64,000 nucleotides of DNA from NCBI GenBank assembly GCA_964016885.1, contig OZ024745.1, positions 11,470,001 to 11,534,000 on the forward strand, in the 5' to 3' direction. The notes beneath the pieces are model-generated. The model made no database searches. It saw only the letters and a program-made list of their open reading frames with translations, and was not told the DNA's origin. A program made the translations under genes and the position numbers. The stretch's first letter is position 1; every line of letters begins with the position of its first letter. This document shows positions 1-12,665 of the stretch, piece by piece. This stretch comes from Eledone cirrhosa (taxonomy: Eukaryota).

Positions 1-3000
1 ATGGATGTGAGATAAAGAGAGTGAGAGAATGGATGTGAGATAGAGAGAGTGACGAATGGATGTGAGATAGAGAGAGTGAGAGAATGGATGTGAGATAAAG
101 ATAGTGAGAGAATGGATGTGAGATAGAGAGAGTGAGAGAATGGATGTGAGATAGAGAGAGTGAGAGAATGTATGTGAGATAGAGAGAGTGAGAGAATGGA
201 TGTGAGATAGAGAGAGTGAGAGAATGGATGTGAGATAGACAGAGTGAGAAAATGGATGTGAGATAGAGAGAGTGAGAGAATGGATGTGAGATAGAGAGAG
301 TGAGAGAATGGATGTGAGATAAAGAGAGTGAGAGAATGGATGTGAGATAGAGAGAGTGAGAGAATGGATGTGAGATAGAGAGAGTCAGAGAATGGATGTG
401 AGATAAAGAGAGTGAGAGAATGGATGTGAGATAAAGAGAGTGAGAGAATGGATGTGAGATAAAGAGAGTGAGAGAACGGATGTGAGATAGAGAGAGTGAG
501 AGAATGGATGTGAGATAAAGAGAGTGAGAGAATGGATGTGAGATAGAGAGAGTGAGAGAATGGATGTGAGATAGAGAGTGTGAAGAATGGATGTGAGATA
601 GAGAGAGTGAGAGAATGGATGTGAGATAGAGAGAGTGAGGGAATGGATGTGAGATAAAGAGAGTGAGGAATGGATGTGAGATAGAGAGAGGAGAATGGAT
701 GTGAGATAAAGAGAGTGAGAGAATGGATGTGAGATAAAGAGAGTGAGAGAATGGATGTGAGATAAAGAGAGTGAGAGAATGGATGTGAGATAGAGAGAGT
801 GAGAGAATGGATGTGACATAGAGAGAGTGAGAGAATGGATGTGAGATAGAGAGAGTGAGAGAATGGATGTGAGATTAAGAGAGTGAGAAAATGGATGTGA
901 GATAGAGAGAGTGAGAGAATGGATGTGAGATAAAGAGAGTGAGAGAATGGATGTGAGATAGAGAGAGTGAGAGAATGGATGTGAGATAGAGAGAGTGAGA
1001 GAATGAATGTGAGATAGAGAGTGAGAGAATGGGTGTGAGATAAAGAGAGTGAGAGAATGGATGTGAGATAGAGAGAGTGAGAGAATGGATGTGAGATAAA
1101 GAGAGTGAGAGAATGGATGTGAGATAAAGAGAGTGAGAGAATGGATGTGAGATAAAGAGAGTGAGAGAATGCATGTGAGATAAAGAGAGTGAGAGAATGG
1201 ATGTGAGATAGAGAGAGTGAGCGAATGGATGTGAGATAGAGAGTGAGAGAATGGATGTGAGATAAAGAGAGTGAGAGAATGGATGTGAGATAGAGAGAGT
1301 GAGAGAATGGATGTGAGATAAAGAGAGTGAGAGAATGGATGTGAGATAGAGAGAGTGAGAGAATGGATGTGAGATAGAGTGAGTGAGAGAATGCATGTGA
1401 GATAGAGAGAGTGAGCGAATGGGTGTGAGATAGAGAGAGTGAGAGAATGGATGTGAGATAAAGAGAGTGAGAGAATGGATGTGAGATAGAGAGAGTGAGA
1501 GAATGGATGTGAGATAAAGAGAGTGAGAGAATGAATGTGAGATAGAGAGTGAGAGAATGGATGTGAGATAGGGAGAGTGAGAGAATGGATGTGAGATAGA
1601 GAGACTGAGAGAATGGATGTGAGATAAGAGAGTGAGAGAATGGATGTGAGATAAAGAGAGTGAGAGAATGGATGTGAGATAGAGAGAGTGAGAGAATGAT
1701 GTGAGATAGAGAGTGAGAGAATGGGTGTGAGATAAAGAGAGTGAGAGAATGGATGTGAGATAGAGAGAGTGAGAGAATGGATGTGAGATAAAGAGAGTGA
1801 GAGAATGGATGTGAGATAGAGAGTGAGAGAATGGATGTGAGATAGAGAGAGTGAGAGAATGGATGTGAGATAGAGAGAGTGAGAGAATGGATGTGAGATA
1901 AAGAGAGTGAGAGAATGGATGTGAGATAGAGAGAGTGAGAGAATGGATGTGAGATAGAGAGAGTGAGAGAATGGATGTGAGATAGAGAGAGTGAGAGAAT
2001 GGATGTGAGATAAAGAGAGTGAGAGAATGATGTGAGATAAAGAGAGTGAGAGAATGGATGTGAGATAGAGAGAGTGAGAGAATGGATGTGAGATAGAGAG
2101 TGAGAGAATGGATGTGAGATAAAGAGGTGAGAGACTGGATGTGAGATAGAGAGAGTGAGAGAATGGATGTGAGATAGAGAGAGTGAGAGAATGGATGTGA
2201 GATAGAGAGAGTGAGAGAATGGATGGGAGATAAAGAGAGTGAGAGAATGGATGTGAGATAAAGTGAGTGAGAGAATGGATGTGAGATAGAGAGTGTGAGA
2301 GAATGGATGTGAGATAGAGAGAGTGAGAGAATGGATGTGAGATAGAGAGAGTGAGAGAATGGATGTGAGATAGAGAGAGTGAGAGAATGGATGTGAGATA
2401 GGAGAGAGTGAGAGAATGGAAGTGAGATAGAGAGAGTGAGAGAATGGATGTGAGATAGAGAGAGTGAGAGAATGGATGTGAGATAGAGAGTGAGAGAATG
2501 GATGTGAGATAGAGAGAGTGAGAGAATGGATGTGAGATAGAGAGAGTGAGAGAATGGATGTGAGATTGAGAGAGTGAGAAAATGTATGTGAGATAGAGAG
2601 AGTGAGAGAATGGATGTGAGATAAAGAGAGTGAGAGAATGGATGTGAGATAGAGAGAGTGAGAGAATGGATGTGAGATAGAGAGAGTGAGAGAATGAATG
2701 TGAGATAGAGAGTGAGAGAATGGGTGTGAGATAAAGAGAGTGAGAGAATGGATGTGAGATAGAGAGAGTGAGAGAATGGATGTGAGATAAAGAGAGTGAG
2801 AGAATGGATGTGAGATAAAGAGAGTGAGAGAATGGATGTGAGATAAAGAGAGTGAGAGAATGGATGTGAGATAAAGAGAGTGAGAGAATGGATGTGAGAT
2901 AGAGAGAGTGAGCGAATGGATGTGAGATAGAGAGAGTGACAGAATGGATGTGAGATAAAGAGAGTGAGAGAATGGATGTGAGATAGAGAGAGTGAGAGAA

Positions 3001-6000
3001 TGGATGTGAGATAGAGAGAGTGAGAGAATGGATGTGAGATAGAGAGAGTGAGCGAATGGGTGTGAGATAGAGAGAGTGAGAGAATGGATGTGAGATAAAG
3101 AGAGTGAGAGAATGAATGTGAGATAGAGAGTGAGAGAATGGGTGTGAGATAAAGAGAGTGAGAGAATGGATGTGAGATAGAGAGAGTGAGAGAATGGATG
3201 TGAGATAAAGAGAGTGAGAGAATGGATGTGAGATAGAGAGTGAGAGAATGGATGTGAGATAGAGAGAGTGAGAGAATGGATGTGAGATAGAGAGAGTGAG
3301 AGAATGGATGTGAGATAAAGAGAGTGAGAGAATGGATGTGAGATAGAGAGAGTGAGAGAATGGATGTGAGATAGAGAGAGTGAGAGAATGGATGTGAGAT
3401 AGAGAGAGTGAGAGAATGGATGTGAGATAAAGAGAGTGAGAGAATGGATGTGAGATAAAGAGAGTGAGAGAATGGATGTGAGATAGAGAGAGTGAGAGAA
3501 TGGATGTGAGATAGAGAGTGAGAGAATAGATGTGAGATAAAGAGGGTGAGAGACTGGATGTGAGATAGAGAGAGTGAGAGAATGGATGTGAGTTAGAGAG
3601 AGTGAGAGAATGGATGTGAGATAGATAGAGTGAGAGAATGGATGTGAGATAGAGAGAGTGAGAGAATGATGTGAGATAGAGAGTGAGAGAATGGGTGTGA
3701 GATAAAGAGAGTGAGAGAATGGATGTGAGATAGAGAGAGTGAGAGAATGGATGTGAGATAAAGAGAGTGAGAGAATGGATGTGAGATAAAGAGAGTGAGA
3801 GAATGGATGTGAGATAAAGAGAGTGAGAGAATGGATGTGAGATAAAGAGAGTGAGAAAATGGATGTGAGATAGAGAGAGTGAGCGAATGGATGTGAGATA
3901 GAGAGAGTGAGAGAATGGATGTGAGATAAAGAGAGTGAGAGAATGGATGTGAGATAGAGAGAGTGAGAGAATGGATGTGAGATAAAGAGAGTGAGAGAAT
4001 GGATGTGAGATAGAGAGAGTGAGCGAATGGAAGTGAGATAGAGAGAGTGAGAGAATGGATGTGAGATAGAGAGAGTGAGAGAATGGATGTGAGATAGAGA
4101 GTGAGAGAATGGATGTGAGATAGAGAGAGTGAGAGAATGGATGTGAGATAGAGAGAGTGAGAGAATGGATGTGAGATTGAGAGAGTGAGAAAATGTATGT
4201 GAGATAGAGAGAGTGAGAGAATGGATGTGAGATAAAGAGAGTGAGAGAATGGATGTGAGATAGAGAGAGTGAGAGAATGGATGTGAGATAGAGAGAGTGA
4301 GAGAATGAATGTGAGATAGAGAGTGAGAGAATGGGTGTGAGATAAAGAGAGTGAGAGAATGGATGTGAGATAGAGAGAGTGAGAGAATGGATGTGAGATA
4401 AAGAGAGTGAGAGAATGGATGTGAGATAAAGAGAGTGAGAGAATGGATGTGAGATAAAGAGAGTGAGAGAATGGATGTGAGATAAAGAGAGTGAGAGAAT
4501 GGATGTGAGATAGAGAGAGTGAGCGAATGGATGTGAGATAGAGAGAGTGAGAGAATGGATGTGAGATAAAGAGAGTGAGAGAATGGATGTGAGATAGAGA
4601 GAGTGAGAGAATGGATGTGAGATAAAGAGAGTGAGAGAATGGATGTGAGATAGAGAGAGTGAGAGAATGGATGTGAGATAGAGAGAGTGAGAGAATGGAT
4701 GTGAGATAGAGAGAGTGAGCGAATGGGTGTGAGATAGAGAGAGTGAGAGAATGGATGTGTGATAAAGAGAGTGAGAGAATGAATGTGAGATTGAGAGTGA
4801 GAGAATGGGTGTGAGATAAAGAGAGTGAGAGAATGGATGTGAGATAGAGAGAGTGAGAGAATGGATGTGAGATAAAGAGAGTGAGAGAATGGATGTGAGA
4901 TAGAGAGTGAGAGAATGGATGTGAGATAGAGAGAGTGAGAGAATGGATGTGAGATAGAGAGAGTGAGAGAATGGATGTGAGATAAAGAGAGTGAGAGAAT
5001 GGATGTGAGATAGAGAGAGTGAGAGAATGGATGTGAGATAGAGAGAGTGAGAGAATGGATGTGAGATAGAGAGAGTGAGAGAATGGATGTGAGATAAAGA
5101 GAGTGAGAGAATGGATGTGAGATAAAGAGAGTGAGAGAATGGATGTGAGATAGAGAGAGTGAGAGAATGGATGTGAGATAGAGAGTGAGAGAATGGATGT
5201 GAGATAAAGAGGGTGAGAGACTGGATGTGAGATAGAGAGAGTGAGAGAATGGATGTGAGTTAGAGAGAGTGAGAGAATGGATGTGAGATAGATAGAGTGA
5301 GAGAATGGATGTGAGATAGAGAGAGTGAGAGAATGAATGTGAGATAGAGAGTGAGAGAATGGGTGTGAGATAAAGAGAGTGAGAGAATGGATGTGAGATA
5401 GAGAGAGTGAGAGAATGGATGTGAGATAAAGAGAGTGAGAGAATGGATGTGAGATAAAGATAGTGAGAGAATGGATGTGAGATAAAGAGAGTGAGAGAAT
5501 GGATGTGAGATAAAGAGAGTGAGAAAATGGATGTGAGATAGAGAGAGTGAGCGAATGGATGTGAGATAGAGAGAGTGAGAGAATGGATGTGAGATAAAGA
5601 GAGTGAGAGAATGGATGTGAGATAGAGAGAGTGAGAGAATGGATGTGAGATAAAGAGAGTGAGAGAATGGATGTGAGATAGAGAGAGTGAGAGAATGGAT
5701 GTGAGATAGAGAGAGTGAGAGAATGGATGTGAGATAGAGAGAGTGAGCGAATGGGTGTGAGATAGAGAGAGTGAGAGAATGGATGTGAGATAAAGAGAGT
5801 GAGATAATGGATGTGAGATAGATAGAGTGAGAGAATGGATGTGAGATAAAGAGAGTGAGAGAATGAATGTGAGATAGAGAGTGAGAGAATGGATGTGAGA
5901 TAGGGAGAGTGAGAGAATGGATGTGAGATAGAGAGACTGAGAGAATGGATGTGAGATAAAGAGAGTGAGAGAATGGATGTGAGATAAAGAGAGTGAGAGA

Positions 6001-7788
6001 ATGGATGTGAGATAGAGAGAGTGAGAGAATGAATGTGAGATAGAGAGTGAGAGAATGGGTGTGAGATAAAGAGAGTGAGAGAATGGATGTGAGATAGAGA
6101 GAGTGAGAGAATGGATGTGAGATAAAGAGAGTGAGAGAATGGATGTGAGATAGAGAGAGTGAGAGAATGGATGTGAGATAAAGAGAGTGAGAGAATGGAT
6201 GTGAGATAGAGAGTGAGAGAATGGATGTGAGATAAAGAGAGTGAGAGACTGGATGTGAGATAGAGAGAGTGAGAGAATGGATGTGAGATAGAGAGAGAGA
6301 GAATGGATGTGAGATAAAGAGAGTGAGAGACTGGATGTGAGATAGAGAGAGTGAGAGAATGAATGTGAGATAGAGAGAGTGAGAGAATGGATGTGAGATA
6401 GAGAGAGTGAGAGAATGGATGTGAGATAAAGAGAGTGAGAGAATGGATGTGAGATAAAGAGAGTGAGAGAATGGATGTGAGATAGAGAGAGTGAGAGAAT
6501 GGATGTGAGATAGAGAGTGAGAGAATGGATGTGAGATAAAGAGAGTGAGAGACTGGATGTGAGATAGAGAGAGTGAGAGAATGGATGTGAGATAGAGAGA
6601 GTGGGAGAATGGATGTGAGATAGAGAGAGTGAGAGAATGGATGGGAGATAAAGAGAGTGAGAGAATGGATGTGAGATAAAGTGAGTGAGAGAATGGATGT
6701 GAGATAGAGAGAGTGAGAGAATGGATGTGAGATAGAGAGAGTGAGAGAATGGATGTGAGATAGAGAGAGTGAGAGAATGGATGTGAGATAGAGAGAGTGA
6801 GAGAATGGATGTGAGATAGAGAGAGTGAGAGAATAGATGTGAGATAGAGAGAGTGAGAGAATGGATGTGAGATAGAGAGAGTGAGAGAATGGATGTGAGA
6901 TAAAGAGAGTGAGAGAATGGATGTGAGATAGAGAGAGTGAGAGAATGGAAGTGAGATAGAGAGAGTGAGAGAATGGATGTGAGATAGAGAGAATGAGAGA
7001 ATGGATGTGAGATAGAGAGAGTGAGAGAATGGATGTGAGATAGAGAGAGTGAGAGAATGGATGTGAGATAAAGAGAGTGAGAGAATGGATGTGAGATAAA
7101 GAGAGTGAGAGAATGGATGTGAGATAAAGAGAGTGAGAGAATGGATGTGAGATAAAGAGAGTGAGAATGGATGTGAGATAGAGAGAGAGTGAGAGAATGG
7201 ATGTGAGATAGAGAGAGTGAGAGAATGGATGTGAGATAGAGAGAGTGAGAGAATGGATGTGAGATAGAGAGAGTGAGAGAATGGATGTGAGATAAAGAGA
7301 GTGAGAGAATGGATGTGAGATAAAGAGAGTGAGAGAATGGATGTGAGATAGAGAGAGTGAGAGAATGGATGTGAGATAAAGAGAGTGAGAATGGATGTGA
7401 GATAGAGAGAGTGAGAGAATGGATGTGAGATAGAGAGAGTGAGAGAATGGATGTGAGATAGAGAGAGTGAGAGAATGGATGTGAGATAGAGAGAGTGAGA
7501 GAATGGATGTGAGATAAAGAGAGTGAGAGAATGGATGTGAGATAAAGAGAGTGAGAATGGATGTGAGATAGAGAGAGTGAGAGAATGGATGTGAGATAGA
7601 GAGAGTGAGAGAATGGATGTGAGATAGAGAGAGTGAGAGAATGGATGTGAGATAGAGAGAGTGAGAGAATGGATGTGAGATAAAGAGAGTGAGAGAATGG
7701 ATGTGAGATAAAGAGAGTGAGAGAATGGATGTGAGATAAAGAGAGTGAGAGAATGGATGTGAGATAGAGAGAGTGAGAGAATGGATGT
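1..7788. repeat. 28-bp purine-rich satellite (ATGGATGTGAGATA[G/A]AGAGAGTGAGAGA)n, about 280 units, open at window start
   Basis: Direct tandem periodicity. The ORFs at 385-7875 are its translation. Confidence 0.98.
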
Positions 7789-8776
7789 TCTAATTCGCCA
7801 CCGTCGTTTGTATTTGATATTAACATATTTCTGGCAAGTACGATTATTCCCGATATGTTTCGAATATAATCTCACCTTCTCAGCTAAACATAACTCTTTG
7901 CCTTACTTGACTGTATTGGCGATCAATAACTATACAACGATCCAGTTATTGAACTAACCGATTGGAAATTTATAATAATAGATTGAAGTGAAACCCAACA
8001 GGTGCGTGTGATTTTATTGGCGGCATGACCCCACCAAAATATAATATACATATACATATATGTTTATATATATAGATATATGTAATAATAGTAATAAGAA
8101 TATTTATATATGTTTGATATAACTATAAATATGGAGGGTAGTACTAAGTACTAGCCGGTTACCGGTATGACAAAAGGCTCAATGCAAATTTTCAAGTGTC
8201 TTACAGAGCCGAGATACAAAGTGTTAAAACGATCAAATTTTAGTTTAGAACATTTATTTGCTTACAATTGTTTCTTCCAGAGGGAAGTCTGGATTCATCG
8301 GAGCATAAGGAATGTCAAAACATGTAACTAAAATCCTAGTCATTTAGAACATTTAGGTTACATAATTATTATTAGTGTCAAAGGCATCGTGTGGAAAGTC
8401 AGCAGTTAAAAATATGTTCTGCTTGAAAGAACACAATTACAGGCAGCACTGGTTGGAAGTGTAGTAGGTATAAGTAAAAAGCACAAGCAAAAAATCACAA
8501 GCAAAAAATAACACAGGAAAAAAAGTTATAAGCAAGGAAAATTAGATATATGTATATATATGCATGCGTGGTATATGCAGGGATATATATATATATATAA
8601 ATCAAGAAAGAAGAGTGACACTGTTTGCTATACAAAAATCACCGCGTACTCGCAGCATCACTATGGAAACGCCTTGTTGAGTCAAACTTAGCCAAGTGTT
8701 GCTACCATCCACTACTCGGAGTACCCTAACTGGACTACATCTAAGTGGACTACCCATAACAATAATCTGTTATCCC

Positions 8777-8850
<74 letters not shown>

Positions 8851-9547
8851 TGAGAGAGAGAGAGACAGCACCAATCTCACATCAAGATATTAGTTATTTA
8901 CTGAAATATATTTTTATTTTTATGCATTTTAATGAATTCTGAATAATTTACTTTTTATATTCATTAATTACAATTATAATTTTAGACTGATCTGCCATAT
9001 GTTAGTGTGTGTGTGTGTATGTGTGTATATGTGTGTGTGCCCGCTCGTGTGTGTGTGTATGTGATTATACATGTGTAAGCATGAATGCTTACATATCATT
9101 ATTGGCGTGATGAAAAGTAATGTGCACACAAATACACGCGCACATATACACAAATATACAAACACATATACACAAATACACGCGCACATACACACAAATA
9201 CACAAACACATACACACTAAAAGAAATAAAGACAAAAAAAAAGGAAAGAAATTATGAGCGAATGAATCCAATAATGAAGGAAGGGAAGAATGTTTGCAAA
9301 CGAACGAATGACGTGTAAAAAGACGAAAAGAGCCGAGAGCAAAGTGAACTAAAAAGAAACCGAAACGAAAGGTAACCGCTTGATTTAAAGCTAACCAGAG
9401 TAGTGTGACTTGTTGTGAATAGATGTTTCTAGAATGATGGGATGTTATTGATGAAGAATACAGAAGTAAACATCAGATATGAAAAACATTTGCACGAATG
9501 TTCTGCTGCAGAGAATCATTCTAGAGTTGGAATGATTCGTTGTGCGT

Positions 9548-9618
9548 GACTGAGCTGCTTTTGTCCGAGAAAATATAGCGGCAAAAGCCACCTTGTATGT
9601 ATTGTTCGTAGTCATTGG
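9548..9618 (-). promoter_or_regulatory. Candidate Pol II core promoter (CCAAT, TATA-like, TCAGTC initiator)
   Basis: On the minus strand: CCAAT (9614-9618), TATATTT (9571-9577) and TCAGTC (9548-9553) in unique CpG-containing sequence. Motifs only. Confidence 0.2.
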
Positions 9619-9719
9619 CACACACACACACACACACACACACGCACCAAGCGCGCGCGCGCACACACACCTGTATGCACTCTCTCAGACACCAGATACT
9701 ATCTCTCACACATACAAAT

Positions 9720-10222
<503 letters not shown>

Positions 10223-10603
10223 GAAGCAGGAGAAGTTTGATTTTGAAGAATATATTGAATTTTATTAGTGAATACAAGAAGTATGAAACGAATGTGTTGG
10301 TACATACTAGTTGTTGTCATGGTTGATTGGAACTTCAATTTTCTTAAAGAATTAAAATACCGTAGAACTAAGACTACTAAGATGGAGCACACACATTTGT
10401 AATATGACTCATATACATTGGTATGGACGCTCATTAGGTTTTACATGAATATCAAAGAGTGAAATATCTATACATTGTTATATAATTATATATACTCACA
10501 AACATATGTACGAATATATATTTGTATGTAGATTTGACATGATGGCTTCGTCGTCCCCGGACCTTTGTTCTGTTGCCAGCAAGACCATGACCACTTATTA
10601 GAT

Positions 10604-10932
10604 CAGAGTTTCTCAACTATATTGCCCCTCACGGCCATGTAATACCCTCAGTACCCCCACCCCTATTTCCAGAGAAACCTACCTACACGAAAATTGTAAA
10701 TAATATATAATAAATAAAATCGTTAATTTATATATAATAGATAATATAATATATACTATGTATAAATACATATTATATATTTTTTATTTTATTATATTTA
10801 TATATATATCATTTGATATTTAACATACTATTATATCATCTCTACTCTCCACCAGCGCCCCTTATGCCCCAGCGCCCTCTGGATCTTCTCAACTCACCCG
10901 GGTGGCAGTAGAGCCTACTTTAAGAACCTCTG
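10604..10932. mobile_element. hAT (Charlie-like) MITE
   Basis: TIRs CAGAGTTTCTCAA and TTAAGAACCTCTG; 8-bp flanks TATTAGAT and GATTAGAT (7/8 match, TSD). Confidence 0.75.
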
Positions 10933-10947
10933 GATTAGATTCTCTAC

Positions 10948-11100
10948 TTGTCCCTCTAGCTAGCAGCAATCCCGTATCTTCACTGTTCTCAGAGACCCTT
11001 GTCCCTGTAGCCAGCAGCAATCCCGGGTCTTTACTGTTCTGAGAGACCCTTGTCCCTGTAGCCAGCAGCAATCCCGGGTCTTTACTGTTCTGAGAGACCC
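10948..11100. repeat. 51-bp minisatellite, 3 copies
   Basis: Unit CTTGTCCCTGTAGCCAGCAGCAATCCCGGGTCTTTACTGTTCTGAGAGACC. Confidence 0.9.
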
Positions 11101-11129
11101 ACTTTTTAGGCGGTCTAGTGTTGGTCATG

Positions 11130-11335
11130 TGATCTAGTCTTTGGAAAGACTTTGCTAAAAACCATCGTTATATAGTTATTGGCTGTCCTTACATGACCGA
11201 ACCATTTCAGTCCCTCTTTTGTGAAGAGATTTTCAGATGGAACAACAGCTACCATGAAGGATATCTTTGATTTCTCTGAAGCACCACGGATCCACATTGA
11301 TAATGGATTGGAAATCCGAAATATTTGGGGACTAA
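11130..11335 (-). pseudogene. Degenerate RTE-type LINE RT fragment
   Basis: LKWFGHVR motif typical of the RTE C-terminal region; otherwise decayed. Confidence 0.4.
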
Positions 11336-11502
11336 TAAAAGATAACTTTGAGTCATTTCTTTTCTTTTCTTTTTCCTCCGCCTCCCACTTTTTACTTTTT
11401 ACCTCTCTCTTACCCCTTCCGACTTGTTACCATAGTAATTCTAACCCACCTACATTGTACAACTTTCTATACTTTTACTTTTCATATTCCACAATGCTCA
11501 AA

Positions 11503-11690
11503 ATGGGACAACATGCTCTGCGGTATATAGTTACGTCCCTTTACAGTCTGAGTCCAAATCCCACTGAGCTTAGCTTTGCCTTTCATCCTTACGGGGTCAA
11601 TAAAATAAAGTACCAGTAACGCACTGGGGTCGATTTAATCGACATTCCGCTACCCCCAAATTGTTGGCCTTGTGTCCAAATCAGAAACCA
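11503..11690 (+). mobile_element. tRNA-derived SINE, family A
   Basis: B-box-like GAGTCCAAATCC, body GCCTTTCATCCTTACGGGGTCAATAAAATAAAGTACCAG, tail GGCCTTGTGTCCAAATCAGAAACC; many copies in the window. Confidence 0.85.
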
Positions 11691-11780
11691 TATATGTGCA
11701 GTCGCACGTGTCTCTCTTCGTCATAGATTAAATATGTGTTGTATGTCTTTGTGTATAAATGTGTCTGTATATTTGTGGCA

Positions 11781-11880
<100 letters not shown>

Positions 11881-12467
11881 ATTTGGCATTTTAAGAAAGA
11901 CATTGCCGAGAGAACGATGTAATTAAAAAAAGTATTCTTTGATTACACACGTAGATTTCAATACAGAAAGTTGTTTAGAAGATATGAATGTTACTGGACA
12001 TACATAAGCGACAAATGTTAAAGTGTAAAATGAAAGAAGTGGAAAAGAGCGGTGATTGAAACGTGTGTTGCAATAGAATTGCTTTCTGGGTACTTTTAGA
12101 CTTATCACGTCTTCTATATATTCCGTCAATGTAGTCTCTATTTGTATTATATGTAAGGAAAAACAAATACGTACATATACACACACGTACATAAATACAT
12201 ACGCACACACTTATATCACACACATACTTACATCACACACACATCACACACACAAACTGACATCACGCACATTAAATACACACTTACATTAGACACATAC
12301 ATATACATACACACACATACATACACACATATAAACACACATACACACATACATACGTTTGAAGGTAGATTGTCCATGTGGTCAATGAACCTGTTAGAAA
12401 TAACAACCAAATCACTTTCTTTAAATTGTAAATATTTTGATAATTTATCTAGATAAAATCTTATATA

Positions 12468-12570
12468 ACCAGAACTATATAATGGTTTCTTATATAGACA
12501 CAAGGCCACCCAGAACTATATAATGGTTTCTTATATATACACCACAAGGCCAACCAGGACTATATAATGT
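12468..12570. repeat. About 41-bp tandem repeat (2.5 copies) containing a SINE-A tail motif
   Basis: Unit CCAGAACTATATAATGGTTTCTTATATAGACACAAGGCCAC. Confidence 0.7.
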
Positions 12571-12665
12571 TGAACTTATTAAAAATAATTTCATTTATCC
12601 AAAGTCGCTTAATTGGAGAAGTGTCTATCTTTAACGTTCTATCTATCTATCTATCTTTCTATCTC

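Noticed and set aside
5260-7875. 871-aa ORF and other long low-complexity ORFs (30439-32266, 43273-45345, 52025-53083, 53218-54384)
   Set aside because: They are translations of satellites or microsatellites that lack stops by composition.
8150-8170. Helitron-like end CTAGCCGGTTACCGG
   Set aside because: There is no matching second terminus or full subterminal hairpin.
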